Made by a program: the position numbers and the translations under genes
Shown here: piece after piece, positions 24,301 through 37,054 of the stretch
Layout of the letters: each line of letters opens with the position of its first letter
Position numbering within the stretch: the first letter of the stretch is position 1
The notes under the pieces: model-generated
What the model was told of the DNA's origin: nothing
What the model saw: only the letters and a program-made list of their open reading frames with translations
The model's database searches: none
Source: Azolla caroliniana
Lineage: Eukaryota > Plantae > Polypodiophyta
Direction: 5' to 3'
NCBI GenBank assembly: GCA_043228905.1
Contig: JBHGNT010000001.1
Location: 13,454,001 to 13,518,000, forward strand
DNA length: 64,000 bases

Positions 24301-26443
24301 AAAGCAAACGACCATTTGACGCATCTACAGCTTTGTTTGGAGCGTTGCCGAACTACACGCTTAAGCTTGAATCCCGCCAAAAGCGCCTTTGGCGTCACCA
24401 GCGGGGCTCTCCTCGGCCACATAGTCAGTAAGGAGGGGATAGCGGTCGATCCGAACAAAATCTCTGCGATTACTCATGCAAAAACACTGACAAACGCGAA
24501 AGCACTCAAACGGTTTTTGGGACAAATACGATGGCATAGCCGGATGATACACTATTTGGCGGATTTCGCCACGCCACTACATGCCGCCGTTCACCGTACT
24601 CCTTTCAAATGGACAGCAATGGAAGAGAAGGTGTATGATGCGCTAAAAATATTGCTAACGCAGGCACCAGTCGTACAACCACCAGTTTGGGCGAAACCAT
24701 TCCACGTGTTCGTGGATGCCTCAGACATAGCAATAGGTAGTGCGCTAATGCAGTTCACGGAGCCGAATTGGTACCGACCAGTGTACTACGCTAATCAGAA
24801 ACTATCAACGGCTGAGCATAACTATTCCACAACAGAACATTAAGCGTTGGGTAGGATATACAACATCAATAAATTCCGGCATTATCTGCTAGGGCGGAAA
24901 TTCACGTTTCACGTGGATCATACGACATTGCTATATCTGGTAGGGAAACAAGCGCTGACGAGGAAATTGGCTAGATGGATGTTGTTGCTCCAAGAATTCG
25001 ACTTTGTAATTCAACACCGACCTGGTACGCAACACGTGGTGGCAGATTTCTTGAGCAGACTAGATAATTATGGAGAAACGGTGCAAAAAGATGACGACGA
25101 CTTTTCGGATGCGGACATTCTACGTATAGCCACTCTAGCATAACAAATAGAAAATACTTTCCCGGATCGGTGGTTGATGGAAATGACCTATTTCCTAACC
25201 ACGGGGTTACCGCCACCCCAATTAAGGATGGATGAGAAATAACGATTGGTCGTACAAAGTCGAAACTTCTATTTAGTCCAAGACATCCTATTCCACAAAG
25301 GTAGTGACGACATCTAGAGGCGCGGAATACGACAAGATGAGAAGGTTGCAGTTTTACACGAAGCCCACTGTGGTACGGCAGGAGGACATTACGCGGGTGA
25401 TGTTATGGCCTGGAAAATCTGGCAAGCAAGACTTTGGTGGCCAACTACGCAAAAAGATGTGTATGAATATTGCAGACAATGCGATTTATGTCAACGATTG
25501 GGCCAGCCCACGGAAGTCGCGAGAATGCCACATCAATCAGTGTTGCCACTGGATCCTTTCCAAAAGTGGGGGCTAGATTTTGTGGAACCCTTTACCCCGG
25601 CGGCTGCTCGAACAGGCAATAAGTATATCCTGGTGGCTACGGATTACTATACCAAGTGGGTAGAAGCGAAACCTTCATGAACAGATCTGGTGTCGTTTCG
25701 ATTTCCCTATCGAGCTCATTAGTGATCAAGGGAGTCACTTTCTGAATACGGTCATCAGCGAGCTGACCCAACACTATGTTGTGGTTCACAAAAAGAGTAC
25801 GTCATACTACCCACAAGCAAATGGCTTGGCTGAATCCACGAACAAAACATTACAAACTATCCTCAAAAAGATAGTCAATGAAAACAGAACAGATTGCGAT
25901 ACTAAATTGCACAGTGCCTTATGGGCATATCGAACCAGCTATAAGACCAGCATACAATCGACGCCTTTCAGGCTCACATTTGGGCTGGAGGCCGTGATGC
26001 TAGTCAAATTCCAGGTACCCAGTCTGCGGATTCAAGTATGAGCCCGACTACCCGAGGGCAAATCCGAGTAAATACGGCTACAACAATTGCTAGAGCTAGG
26101 CGAAACAAGGTTACGCAGTATGGCCATATTGGAGCAGGAATAGCGGTGGCGCAAAGCATTCGTGGACCAACATCAGCATGCGCGTGAAAAAGATTTTACG
26201 GTTGGGAAAGCGGAATTAGTTTTTCAAACACGCATGGGCCAAATGCCAGGAAAATTAAGATTCCACTGGATAGCCCCATACTGGATAGTGGGAGCGGAAC
26301 AGGGCACGTTCCAACTTGGCACGTTGGCCGGGGATGTGTTACGACAAAAAGTGAATGGGTTTCGCTTGAAACCTTATTTGGGACCTACGCCACCTAACCC
26401 GTTCCCCGCCGGACAAGACAAAGTTGGAGAATCCGCGGAGTAA
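21400..26443 (+). pseudogene. G2a gag-pol pseudogene (start approximate)
   Basis: Three CCHC knuckles, PR LIDGGTGVN, RT LDGFSGYNQ/FLDDF, RH VDASD, INT HHCC plus YYPQANGLAE, GPY/F-like WIAPY. No chromodomain. Confidence 0.92.
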
Positions 26444-29227
26444 GTATAGGGCCCTACTTGTACAATAGTGTAAAAATAATATTGTATGTAACCGTTATGA
26501 AAATAAAGAAAAGAAAGAGAAGGTAGCGATGCTATTAAAAGGACTTAAGGCATGCACAAACTTCGAGATCAAGAACACCCTCCCTCACCATCTTCTCCAT
26601 CCCTATCACAGAGCTCATGTTCGCCATAGCCAGCAGTTCTCACCCATTAGCCACGAGCCTCACCATCCGACTATGCCGATACCCATTTCTGTCGCCTTGC
26701 GTCGATGGCTCGTGCAGAAACGCCTAGATGGATACATCAGAGTCGTCGAGGCACCTCCTCACCCTGAAGCCCTGGACCTCGCTAGGAAACTTAATATCGA
26801 CATAGTCACCAACACATCCGTCCAGAAAAAGCTTGACCTTTCATCACTGGGAGAAAGGCATTTCGAAATTCCTCCTATCGAAATTCCTCCAAGTACAAGG
26901 CAGGTATCAACATTGATACCTTTGAAGGGTGCACGGTCGATTGGGGGGTCATTATGGGACCAACGTTATGGGAAGGCCTGCACACGTATCAAGGAGGCAA
27001 AAAGCTAAGTCCTGTCATACAACCATATCTGACGATACTATTCCCACCCTGAGGTCTGTCGGCACCACAACCCAACAAACCCATGCCGCCGCCACAATCC
27101 TTGAAGCAAAGGTTAGCAGAGTTGGCCATCACAGAGTGGGAGGATGAACCCCAATCAGCCCAACCCAACACGCGAACAACACAGGAAGAACAGGCGGAGT
27201 GCAGGGAGGAAGCTGCGTAGGAGCAGGACGCCGAGCCATGTCAAGAAAGCCCGAGGTCGAAACGGTGGAGGCTGGACAAGAAAGATGGGCGTGCGTTGGT
27301 TAAAGACACACTCGCGGCCACAGAGACGACGATCGTGGTCGACAGCTCCGTAGCTACGGAGCCCAACACCACCTTCGAAATAATCTGGGAACCACGGCCG
27401 ATCCTTTCGGCCTAGTCACAGCGGGGGAAAGGCGTATTTACGGTGGAAAGCGAGGTCTTGGCGTATCTGGACATTCCGGACACGACCCATGAGTTCGGCG
27501 CACTATTAGAGTTCAAAACTACTTTTGAACTCATGGAATTTTTGGCAACACAACAAATAAAAGTCTCACAACGAATGGTCGAGGAGCACGCGGAGCGACA
27601 AATGATCGAGCGCACGCTAACACAAACGGCGGAAAGCGATGATGAGGGGCAGCTAGCCAGGGTCAGCAGGTAGCGGAACGCCAGTATACGCCGAATGGGG
27701 ATGGAACTACCCCCATTAAATACGGCCCTCGTCAATGTTCATAGGGAATTGGCTAAGGTCAGTATTGGTGCCTAGGATATGGCGATTAAAAATAAAATGT
27801 TTAGAAAACGGTTAAACTGACCCAAGCCGAGCTACAAAAGGCCAACGAATGCATCGCGGAGTTGGAACATAATGCGACTACGGTGCAGTAGGCAGCTCAA
27901 CCAACAGACAACGCCACCAAGTTCCTGAGAGAAGAAATTGAAGCCCAGGCCGCCATTGCCTCGAAAGAAAAACGGGTTGTGCAACTGTCAAAATCGGAGA
28001 TTGACCGTCTCCGCTCCGAACTTCGCCAGTCCTCGGATAGAGGAAAGGACATCCGGGCCAACGGCCGAAAGGCAGTGAAGACCCTTGAAGAGAAACTCAT
28101 AGTGGAGGCAGCATAACACACCTGGATGAAAGAAGAAAACGCCAAACTACGGGAGGAAGCGAAAAAATCGGAAGCGGCGATCACGGGACTCCGGGCCTTA
28201 ATGGAGAAGAAGAAAGCATGGTTCGACGAGCAACTTGTAGGAGAATAGGAGAGGAGGCATCAACTCGAAATCCACCTGAACAATGAAATGGGCAAGCTGG
28301 AGGAATTAAATTCGAAGGAATCTCAGCTATGGGCAGGAATGAGCAATTATGAGGAAGCGGCGGCGGTTAGTAAACAAGAAATTGAAAACCTCAAGAAAAC
28401 CGTTGTCGCGTTATTACGCGCGTGCGTGTAGAAGGGCAGGACCACGGGGGTCTCGAACGAGGGAAGAAGGGAAGCCGAGAAGACGATTCCGGACGCATTC
28501 CGGAAGCAACCAAACGGGAGAGAAAAAGAGAGAGAGCGCTGTTGTGAAGAAAACCGTCCACAAGCGGAATCGGTGCACCGGAGCGTAGGAACCGGCTCTT
28601 CATGCACGTACGCCTTATGTTGTACATAAGAGAGAATTAGGTACATAGAAGATCCTAGGTAGGTAGATTCGGTAGGTAGTAAGTTAATGGGAAACAGCTC
28701 CTTTCTTGCCTATAAAAGGAGGGAGACGGGGAGGAGGAAAGGAAGGGCGGTTAGAGAGGACAAAGTGTTGTCAGGTTGTCGGCCGAAGGCTTCTCTCTCT
28801 TCCATACTCCGTAGCTTCTTTCTGTGCAGGTTTTCAGGAGGCTCGCGCTGCTCTGAGGAATGCCCGAGTGCTTCCGGCAGCACCTCCAACCTACTCCTTT
28901 CTTTCTGAGCGTTTACGAACAGGCATCGGCATCTGTTCGCCGGCATGTTCGGTTGTAACCGACTTCGTGCTTCTTGTTGTTTGTCCTTGTTAATATATAT
29001 ATACATACATTCGTGTCTCTCTGCGTCGGTGTCCCACTCGCGTCTTTGTGTCGAAGGGCTGTGTCCCTGTGAATCTACGCTCGCACGTAGTGGGTCCCTT
29101 CCCTTCTCCTTTGTCTCTTGCTCTTCGGTACAAGACCCCCGAGGCCCCGCCTCATTCCACGCATCCGTGAGGAATACCTCAACATCTTGGTGAACCCAAC
29201 GTGAAGGAGGCGGCAGAAGAGCAGAAG

Positions 29228-31342
29228 ATGAAGGGGTCGGATCTTGCGGAGGCCATGGCTTCGGCCGTGGATCGGATATTGAGCGCACGCGAGGGCACCG
29301 GCGCCCTCGACAGAGCCATTGAGGTGGTCGTCGGTACGATCGGAAAGGATGCCATGAAGTATTTGGCGTCCTACGGGGCAGAAATGCTGATGCGGGACAT
29401 TCCGGAAGAGAGGCGTATTGCCGGGTTCCCTCGAGTGGTGATGCCAAGCATCCATGCGGAGGTGCTCGAGGTACGGGTGGAGAGTCGTACCTGGGAGGAG
29501 TTCGAAGGCCGACTCCTAGAAAAATACGGGCTGGACGACGCGCTCTGGTTTTCGAAATGGGACTTCATGGAATGGGTGGAGTCCCCCGGCAAGGGAAGAA
29601 ACGCGTCGGCACTCCTCCGGGAGTTTGAGGAACGCTTTGCGCGCCTTTCGGCGCTTGACCGAACCGTTCTGGATACGAGCTGGGTCCTACTGTTCGTCAA
29701 GTCGGTGGACGAGCGGGACCGGGATCAAGTCGGCTCCTTGCTAGAAACCGAAGACGGGCTGACGACCGACTGGGCTGCGGTTAAGAGAGTCTGTGGCCGT
29801 TTCGACCAACGGTGAGAATGGGCTGACAACGGGGCGGCCGGTGCGGGCTCTATCACAGCAAGGAGGCTTGAACCGGCACCGCAAGGGCGAAGGGCAGAGG
29901 CCCGGGAGTGGCTCGAAACCGGTTCGGCTCCGACCGGCATGGTCAATGACTCGTCCGGAGGAGCAGCGCTGGAGGAGTTGACGCGGGCGATAAAGGATCT
30001 CCAGATCGCCCAGACTCGAAGGGAAGGCGGCGAACCGGCTCGTGACCGACGGCCGGCAGCAGGGAACAGGTGCATGTGGTGTGACGAGATCGGCCACATT
30101 CAGAAGGACTGCGGCGATTTCGCAGAGGCGTTGAGGAACCGGGTGGTGTACCTATGGGAAGGCCGGGTGCACGCCGGCGATACCAGAAGGGCCCTAAACC
30201 AGAACGACGGGCGAGGAGGTATGAAGAGACTGATGGAAGAGGCAGTGGCCCGACACGTGGAGGTCATCCACTACTCGGCGTCGGCTAGTATTCGGGTCGG
30301 GGGTAGCAAGGCCCGAAAGGAGAGTAAAGACGGATTCTGGTCGGCAATGCTGGAAGGCCTCGCCGGCGCACGGCTGAGGAAAGATGAAGCGGACCGCGCT
30401 GAGAGACAGGTCCGGGAAATAACCAGGTGGAGCGACCCAGTCGAGGAGAAGACGGGCTTCGTAGAAGCCGCCTGCCGGAACTACGAGGCTTTGGTAGAAG
30501 ACAAACGAGTGGGGAAAGCCGGAGCGGCCGGGCCCTCACAACGATACGAGACCCGATTCGGGCAACGACGGAACGAAGCCGGTTGGTCCAGCGCGCAAGA
30601 TAACCCCAGGAAGGGCGGATACCGACTGGGGACGGAAATAGAAAGGACCACGGACCTACGAAAGGTCCTAGAAGAACGGATCCTCGATAGCAAAGTGGAG
30701 TTGTCATTACGGGAGGTGCTAGGGATCGCTAAGAAGGAGTTCCACGACTCCATTGTGGACTTGGTGAAGCGGAAGAGGCTGTCGACGGAGACAGAACCGG
30801 AAAGACCGGTGGAGGTGCGGACGACGCACATCGACGACTTGGCGCTGGAAGATGAGTGGACGGAGAGCCACTATTCGAGGCCACACTGGGCCCGAGCGAC
30901 CACGGAGACCCCGGTAAAGATCGAAGATGTTCAGGAACCGGTGGTGGCACTGGTGGACCACGGTTCGAAAATAAACCTGATGTCCATGGACTTCTATCAG
31001 AAGGGAAAGTGGCCGATCAACACCAAGCACGGGTGGAAGATACGGGCGGCGACGCGCGCCACCGAGGAACTGCACGGGGCCTGCCCGAACGTGCGAGTCA
31101 AGATTGGCGACGTCGAGATTGACCAGCACTTCTTCGTACAGGAGACGTCCTCGCACCTGGTCATATTAGGGGAACCATACATCACGGCGGCGCGGATGGA
31201 GACCAAGGTGCTAGACAACGGTTCGGCCTACGCGAGGGTCAAAAGCCAGGACGGGCGCCATTCGGTCCAATTTCTGACGGTGCGACCGAACCACGAGCGA
31301 AACCGCGAATCCCTCGGTGGCGAGAACCGGGAGGATTTTTAG
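29228..31342 (+). pseudogene. G1b gag-protease ORF (disrupted)
   Basis: CCHC CMWCDEIGHIQKDC; protease ALVDHGSKINLM; premature TGA at 29813. Confidence 0.9.
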
Positions 31343-31398
31343 AGAGGGCTGCCAAGGCGTGGGGCCGAGACAGTCCGGACACTCGGGAAAGACCCCAC
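31333..31398 (+). promoter_or_regulatory. Candidate -1 programmed ribosomal frameshift signal (GGAUUUU plus pseudoknot)
   Basis: The -1 frame is open from the slippery site into RT; conserved at 55600-55664 and in G1a near 6195-6260 (minus). Confidence 0.75.
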
Positions 31399-34300
31399 AG
31401 TTGTACGATAGAACCGAAACCGAAGAAACCCTGTACGATAAGTAAAAAATTTTGCTTCTCCAACAACGGAGGGTGTATGATAGTCGGCATCGTTGACCGA
31501 GAAAAGGCAAGGGCGGAAGTGCGACTTCGAGCGTGCGGAGTTCTTGGCCCGGACGAGGAAATCAGCGGAGCCGTGGAGGCGGTCTCCTTCGACGACACCT
31601 TGGGGATGCTGAGGAAGGTAGCCGGAGAAGACCTTAACGAAGACCGGACGATACCGGTATGTTCCGAAGAGATGTACGAAGTCATCACGAACTTCAGTCA
31701 GGGGCTCGAGTCGGATCGGACGGCCCGAGTGAGCACGAAGTACAAGACTGTGGACCGGAAGGTAAGGCCAATCGCGGCACCCTTACCGGAGGGCAGCGAA
31801 TCCCGAATCAGAGGGGTTGCGTCGGACCCCAGTTTACGAGATCCGGTCCGCATAGGACACACCTTCACCGACGGGACGCTCCGGGAGCTCAAAATCGGTG
31901 GGGGCGGGTTCCTACTGCCGGCGGAGGAAGAACGGTTTCGGAGGATGCTCGGAAGGCACGGGAAAGCCTTCGCATTCTCACCGGAAGAGATCGGGTGCGT
32001 AGACCCGACAATCGTGGAGCCGATGGTGATATTCACGGTACCGCATGTACCGTGGAATCTCAAGTCGATTCCAGTACCGAGAGCTCACATCCCGAAGTTG
32101 ATGGAGCTATTGAGGCAGAAAGTCGATATGGGCATTCTCGAACCGTCAGGTGCCCCATACTCGAACCGATGGATTACCATACCAAAGAAAAACGGAACAT
32201 TGCGCTTCATTCAAGACCTGCAGCCGGTCAACAGAGTGACCATTCGGAATGCAGGAATCGGACCGACCATCGACGAGTTCGCGGAGGCCTTCGCCGGAAG
32301 GTCGATTTACTCGGTCGGTAATCTGTACTCGGGGTACGACTAGTTCCAGCTAGCCGTGGAGAGCAGAGACATTATGACGATGCGAACTCCCCTCGGCCTA
32401 GTGCGAATGTGTACCCTGCCACAAGGAGGGACCAACTCGGTGGCCCACATGGTGAATGCAATGAACAAGGTACTGAGGGATTGCATCCCGGACATCACCG
32501 TGCCATTTCTAGACGACATCCCGATCAAGCGGTGCCCGGTGGAAGAGAAGGACGAGACACTCGGGCCGGACGGATGCCGGCGATTCGTGGCAACACACAT
32601 CGACGACTGCGAGAGGGTGCTACAAAGGCTAGAGGATGCGAGGCTCACCTTCTCCAGGGAGAAATCGGCCTTCGGGCAATCAGAAATCCTGGTGGTCGGA
32701 CACCTATGTGGACCATATGGCCGGAAGCCGTCTCTGGCAAAGGTAGAAGCCATCTCCGCGATGAAGACCAACTGTAGCTCGGTTACAGAAGTTCGGAGGT
32801 TCCTGGGGGCATGCGCGTTCTACCACATATGGATCCCGCATTACGCCCACGTTGCGGAGCCGCTATACGGGTTGCTGAAGAAGGGGCGAAAATTCGAGTG
32901 GCGAGACGAGCACACGGAGTCGATCCAGAAGCTGAAGGAAGCTCTTGCGGCAGTGACGGCGCTCCGGAAGGCTGTCTACGAGAAGGGTACCCCGGTATAC
33001 ATAACGGTGGATACGAGTCCGACCGGGATCGGATGGGTCGTCAACCAAGAAGACAAGGACGGCATTCGGTTCCCGATCCGATTCGGCGCGAAGGTCCTCA
33101 GTGAGCGACAGCGAGGGTACGCCCAGGTTAAACGCGAACACTGGGGTATCATTTCGGCAGTAAAGGCCGACAAAGACTACCTGATCGGGACAGAAGTGAT
33201 TATCGAGGCGGATTGCCTGCCAATTCTCGGCATGGTTTCCGGATGCGCGACACCGGACCTGGCGATGCTCAGGTGGATAGCGTACATCAAGTCCCTGGAC
33301 CCGGAAATACGACACATTTCCGGAAAGGACAACGCCATGGCCGACATGCTTTCGAGGGCGAGGTTTGATGATGAGGGAGGCATGGTTTCGGAGGACGAAG
33401 AAGTCGGGGTGGACTTCTTCGAGGCAGCGTACGTGACGACCGATGGGAGGAGCACTCCGGCACTTAACGGCTTCGACGAGAGCAAGTACGACGGCGAGTG
33501 GCTATAGATCGGTGGTTTCTTAAGGACCATGACGCCGGATGCGTCATGGACGGGGGACGAGACCAACCGGATCCGGAAGAAAGCATACCGATTCTTTCTC
33601 CGGGACGGATACTTATGGAAGCACCCGAAGAAGAGGAACGGCGTCCTGCTCCGGGTGGTGGCGATGAAGGAAGAACAGGAGGAGCTGTTGACGGCCTACC
33701 ACGACAGCCCTTGGGCTGGACACCGTGGAACGTGGGCCACGTTCGAGAAGATAAAAGGGAAGTACTGGTGGCCGGGATTGTACCGGGACGTGCATCAGTT
33801 CGTGACAACTTGCAAGAGCTGTCAAATGCACTCCATAGTCCGACAGCGGGACGAGCTTCACCCTACGTACCCTCCTACCATCCACTTCAAATGGATGGTA
33901 GATTTGGTGACGATGCCGATGGGAATGGGACAGATGCGGTATCTGGTCCTGGCTCGGGAAGATCTAACGAACCAGGTGGAAGGCCGAGCCCTTCAGAACA
34001 AAACGACCGCGGCCGTATGTCGGTTCCTGATCGAGGACGTGATATGCTGGTACGGGTGCGTCGGGAAGATCGTGGCTGATCGCGGGGAGTTGGACGCCGA
34101 AGAGGCCGAGGAGCTGTTCGACCGGCTAGGAGTCAAGCTCTCGCTTACCACTGCGTACAATCCGGAGGCGAATGGAAAGGTGGAGCGCGGACACGGACCG
34201 ATCGTCAAGGCGTTAGTTCGGGCATGCGGAGGTCAAGTCGGGAACTGGCTGCAGCTACTGCCTTACGTGTTGTGGGTTGGCCGAACTACGCACAGTTCGG

Positions 34301-34836
34301 TAACTGGATTCATGCCGGCAGAGCTCATGTTTGGGCAGAAGCCGATCATGCCGATGGAACGTACGATCTCCTCATGGGCAACCGTGGACTGGAGAGACGA
34401 GATGAGCCGGGAGGAACTATTGGCGACACGCATACGACAGCTCGAGCGAAGACCGGAGGACGTGGAGCAGGTTGCGGGAAAGCTTCGGGTGGCAAGGACG
34501 AGGAACAAAGCCCGGTTCGACCGGACGCACCGGCTCCGACCAAAGAAGATCGAGGAAGGCAACTGGGTGCTAGTCTACAACAGCAGCCTCGACAACCAGC
34601 ACCGAGCGACACGGAAGTTCGCAAGAAGGTGGTTCGGGCCTTACGTGGTACAAAGCGCCAACGACAACGGGACGTACCATCTGGCGGAACTCGACGGCAC
34701 GAGAATGGCGATACCGGTAGCTGGGAAGCGGATCAAAGCGTTCAAGAAGCGTCACGACGACGAGCCGGATCCGGTTAACCTGGACTGCGACGACGAACGA
34801 TCCGAAATCGAGGAAGAACCGACGGGCGGGGAATGA
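31336..34836 (+). pseudogene. G1b pol (RT-RNase H-integrase), two premature TAG codons
   Basis: FLDDI, TVDTS RH, HHCC, TTAYNPEANGKVERGH, WFGPY. Confidence 0.93.
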
Positions 34837-37037
34837 AGGCTGGACCGGTTTTCTCCGTCCCAACTCAATTTGGCGCATGCCGGTGGATGCGCGGTTAGGT
34901 GGGGGCGGCTGTTGTGAAGAAAACCGTCCACAAGCGGAATCGGTGCACCGGAGCGTAGGAACCGGCTCTTCATGCACGTACGCCTTATGTTGTACATAAG
35001 AGAGAATTATGTACATCGAAGATCCTAGGTAGGTAGATTCGGTAGGTAGGAAGTTAATGGGAAACGACTCCTTTCTTGCCTATAAAAGGAGGGAGACGGG
35101 GAGGAGGAAAGGAAGGGCGGTTAGAGAGGACGAAGTGCTGTCGGGTTGTCGGCCGAAGGCTTCTCTCTCTTCCATACTCCGTAGCTTCTTTCTGTGCAGG
35201 TTTTCAGGAGGCTCGTGCTGCTCTGAGGAATGCCCGAGTGCTTCCGGCAGCACCTCCAACCTACTCCTTTCTTTTTGAGCGTTTACGAACAGGCATCAGC
35301 ATCTGTTCGCCGGCCTGTTCGGTTGTAACCGACTTCGTGCTTCTTGTTGTTTGTCCTTGTTAATATATATATACATACATTCGTGTCTCTCTACGTCGGT
35401 GTCCCACTCGCGTCTTTGTGTCGAAGGGCCGTGTCCCTATGAATCTACGCTCGCATGTAGTGGGTCCCTTCCCTTCTCCTTTGTCTCTTGCTCTTCGGTA
35501 CAAGACCCCCGAGGCCCCGCCTCATTCCACGCATCCGCGAGGAATACCTCGACAACGCGCGCTTGACACCGACTCACACCCACACACACACACCACGCCG
35601 ACCCAACTCACACCCTTATGTATAGAAACGGAGCTAAGAGAACACCAAAACACCCACACAAACACCGATACACAGAACCCTCCATGCATATATTACAAGA
35701 CTAAGATACAATACTGGTATCAAGCCCGACCTAAGTAGCTCAGGTTACAACAGTCGTCTACTGCCAAGCCGTCGGTTGGGGAGCTCTCGGGCTTGTCGTG
35801 CCGAGCGGCGTCTTGCACAGAGAACGGGCAGAAAATAGGAACACGAGATGCCGAGGCTCGATACTCAAAACGACGAAGAGGAAGAAGCAGAGGCAAGAAG
35901 AAGAAAAACAAAACCCTAAACAAGAGGAAAGAGAAAGAGAGGATGTCTCTTAATCTAACGGTATACCCTACTAATACAACATGGGCAACCCCTTCACCAA
36001 GGGCGCTCCCTTCCTTTTATAGAACAAGGAGAGGGATCCGTAGCATCGTGGGATAAATCCCTTATTACATGGGATTCTTGTCCCGACTTGATTACTCTTT
36101 GGCGCCATAAAGGCGCCCTCGTTATTCACACTAAATGTACACAGGTGAGCGCACATGCTGCACAGCCAATATTTCCCGGTTTCCGCCTCTGGCCGAAATT
36201 CTTCACGACACCGTCGAAGAAGCACGCAATTGTTGCCAAGAAATAACTGACAACGTGCATATACTCCTCCAAAAAAATCAGGAGACGTTTACGGCACAAT
36301 TACAAGCGGCGCTAGACAAAGCCTAGATGGCGTGGGCCGCACAAGCGGCGGAGTTACATACATACTGGGCGGACTGGGAGAACCGAAGGAAAGATAGCCG
36401 AGGGTTCTACAAACTCAATTAGGAAAGCATTGCGGCAGTACGCGAGGACCTAGCGCAGGATTATCGCACGCTAGCGGACCAACACTCCGAGGAACTCGTG
36501 CAACTACTGGAAGATTTTGGCGAAAGTGAGGAGGACCTGTTTCACCAAATCATGCAAGCTGGCAGCACGCGACCAAATGCGGAATCCATCGCGATACCAA
36601 TACCAGATACTGCCAAACGAGAGGAACCTCAGCCCATGTCACCGGAAATAACCACTACGGTGGACAACACGGATCAGCAAGCGGAGATACCAAAAAGCGA
36701 AACCGCCGACCAAGAGGAACCCCAACCCCATTCACTAGAGCGTACGACTACAGCCGACACCACGGAGGAAGTTACGGACGAGACAGAACCTCGACCTACC
36801 GCGAGCCCGCCAACGGCTGAACCAACCACAATAGCACGGGATGAGCCAGCAGAGCCCGGACCGCCCACACAAGAAGCCAACAACACCATGGGTAACCCTA
36901 TCGAGCAAGTATGGAACCACGCAACGACGCGCCTATGGACACTACGCCATCCTCAGACCCGGACATCGGAGCGGAACCGAACATCCGGGCCAATTTGGAG
37001 GAAGATTAAAGAGGTGGGACCGACATGGCATGGCCCT

Positions 37038-37054
37038 GTCCCACAGGCGTGCTA
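37038..37054 (-). promoter_or_regulatory. Inverted tRNA-Arg PBS-like site at the PPT position of G2a
   Basis: Plus strand GTCCCACAGGCGTGCTA, then GG, then the 3' LTR TGTTGTCC. Confidence 0.7.

Larger units (their letters stand above)
28540..35554 (+). mobile_element. Full-length Ty3/gypsy element G1b
   Basis: LTRs 28540-29184 and 34910-35554 (645 bp, roughly a dozen differences by eye); Trp PBS 29188-29205; PPT ~34893-34909; TSD GCGC/ACGC. Confidence 0.96.
28404..36210 (-). mobile_element. Solo LTR S2 (G1-related) with 4-bp TSD CCGT, interrupted by G1b
   Basis: TG at 28404, CA at 36210, CCGT at 28400-28403 and 36211-36214; homologous to S1. Confidence 0.92.
26673..36970 (+). pseudogene. G2a extra 3' ORF (26673-28403 plus 36215-~36970), unknown function, coiled-coil rich
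   Basis: Three blocks homologous to G2b ORF 40888-43876; split by solo LTR S2. Confidence 0.8.

Noticed and set aside
36997-37019. Purine-rich tract as the G2a PPT
   Set aside because: It is about 40 nt from the LTR edge and not conserved at that position in G2b.
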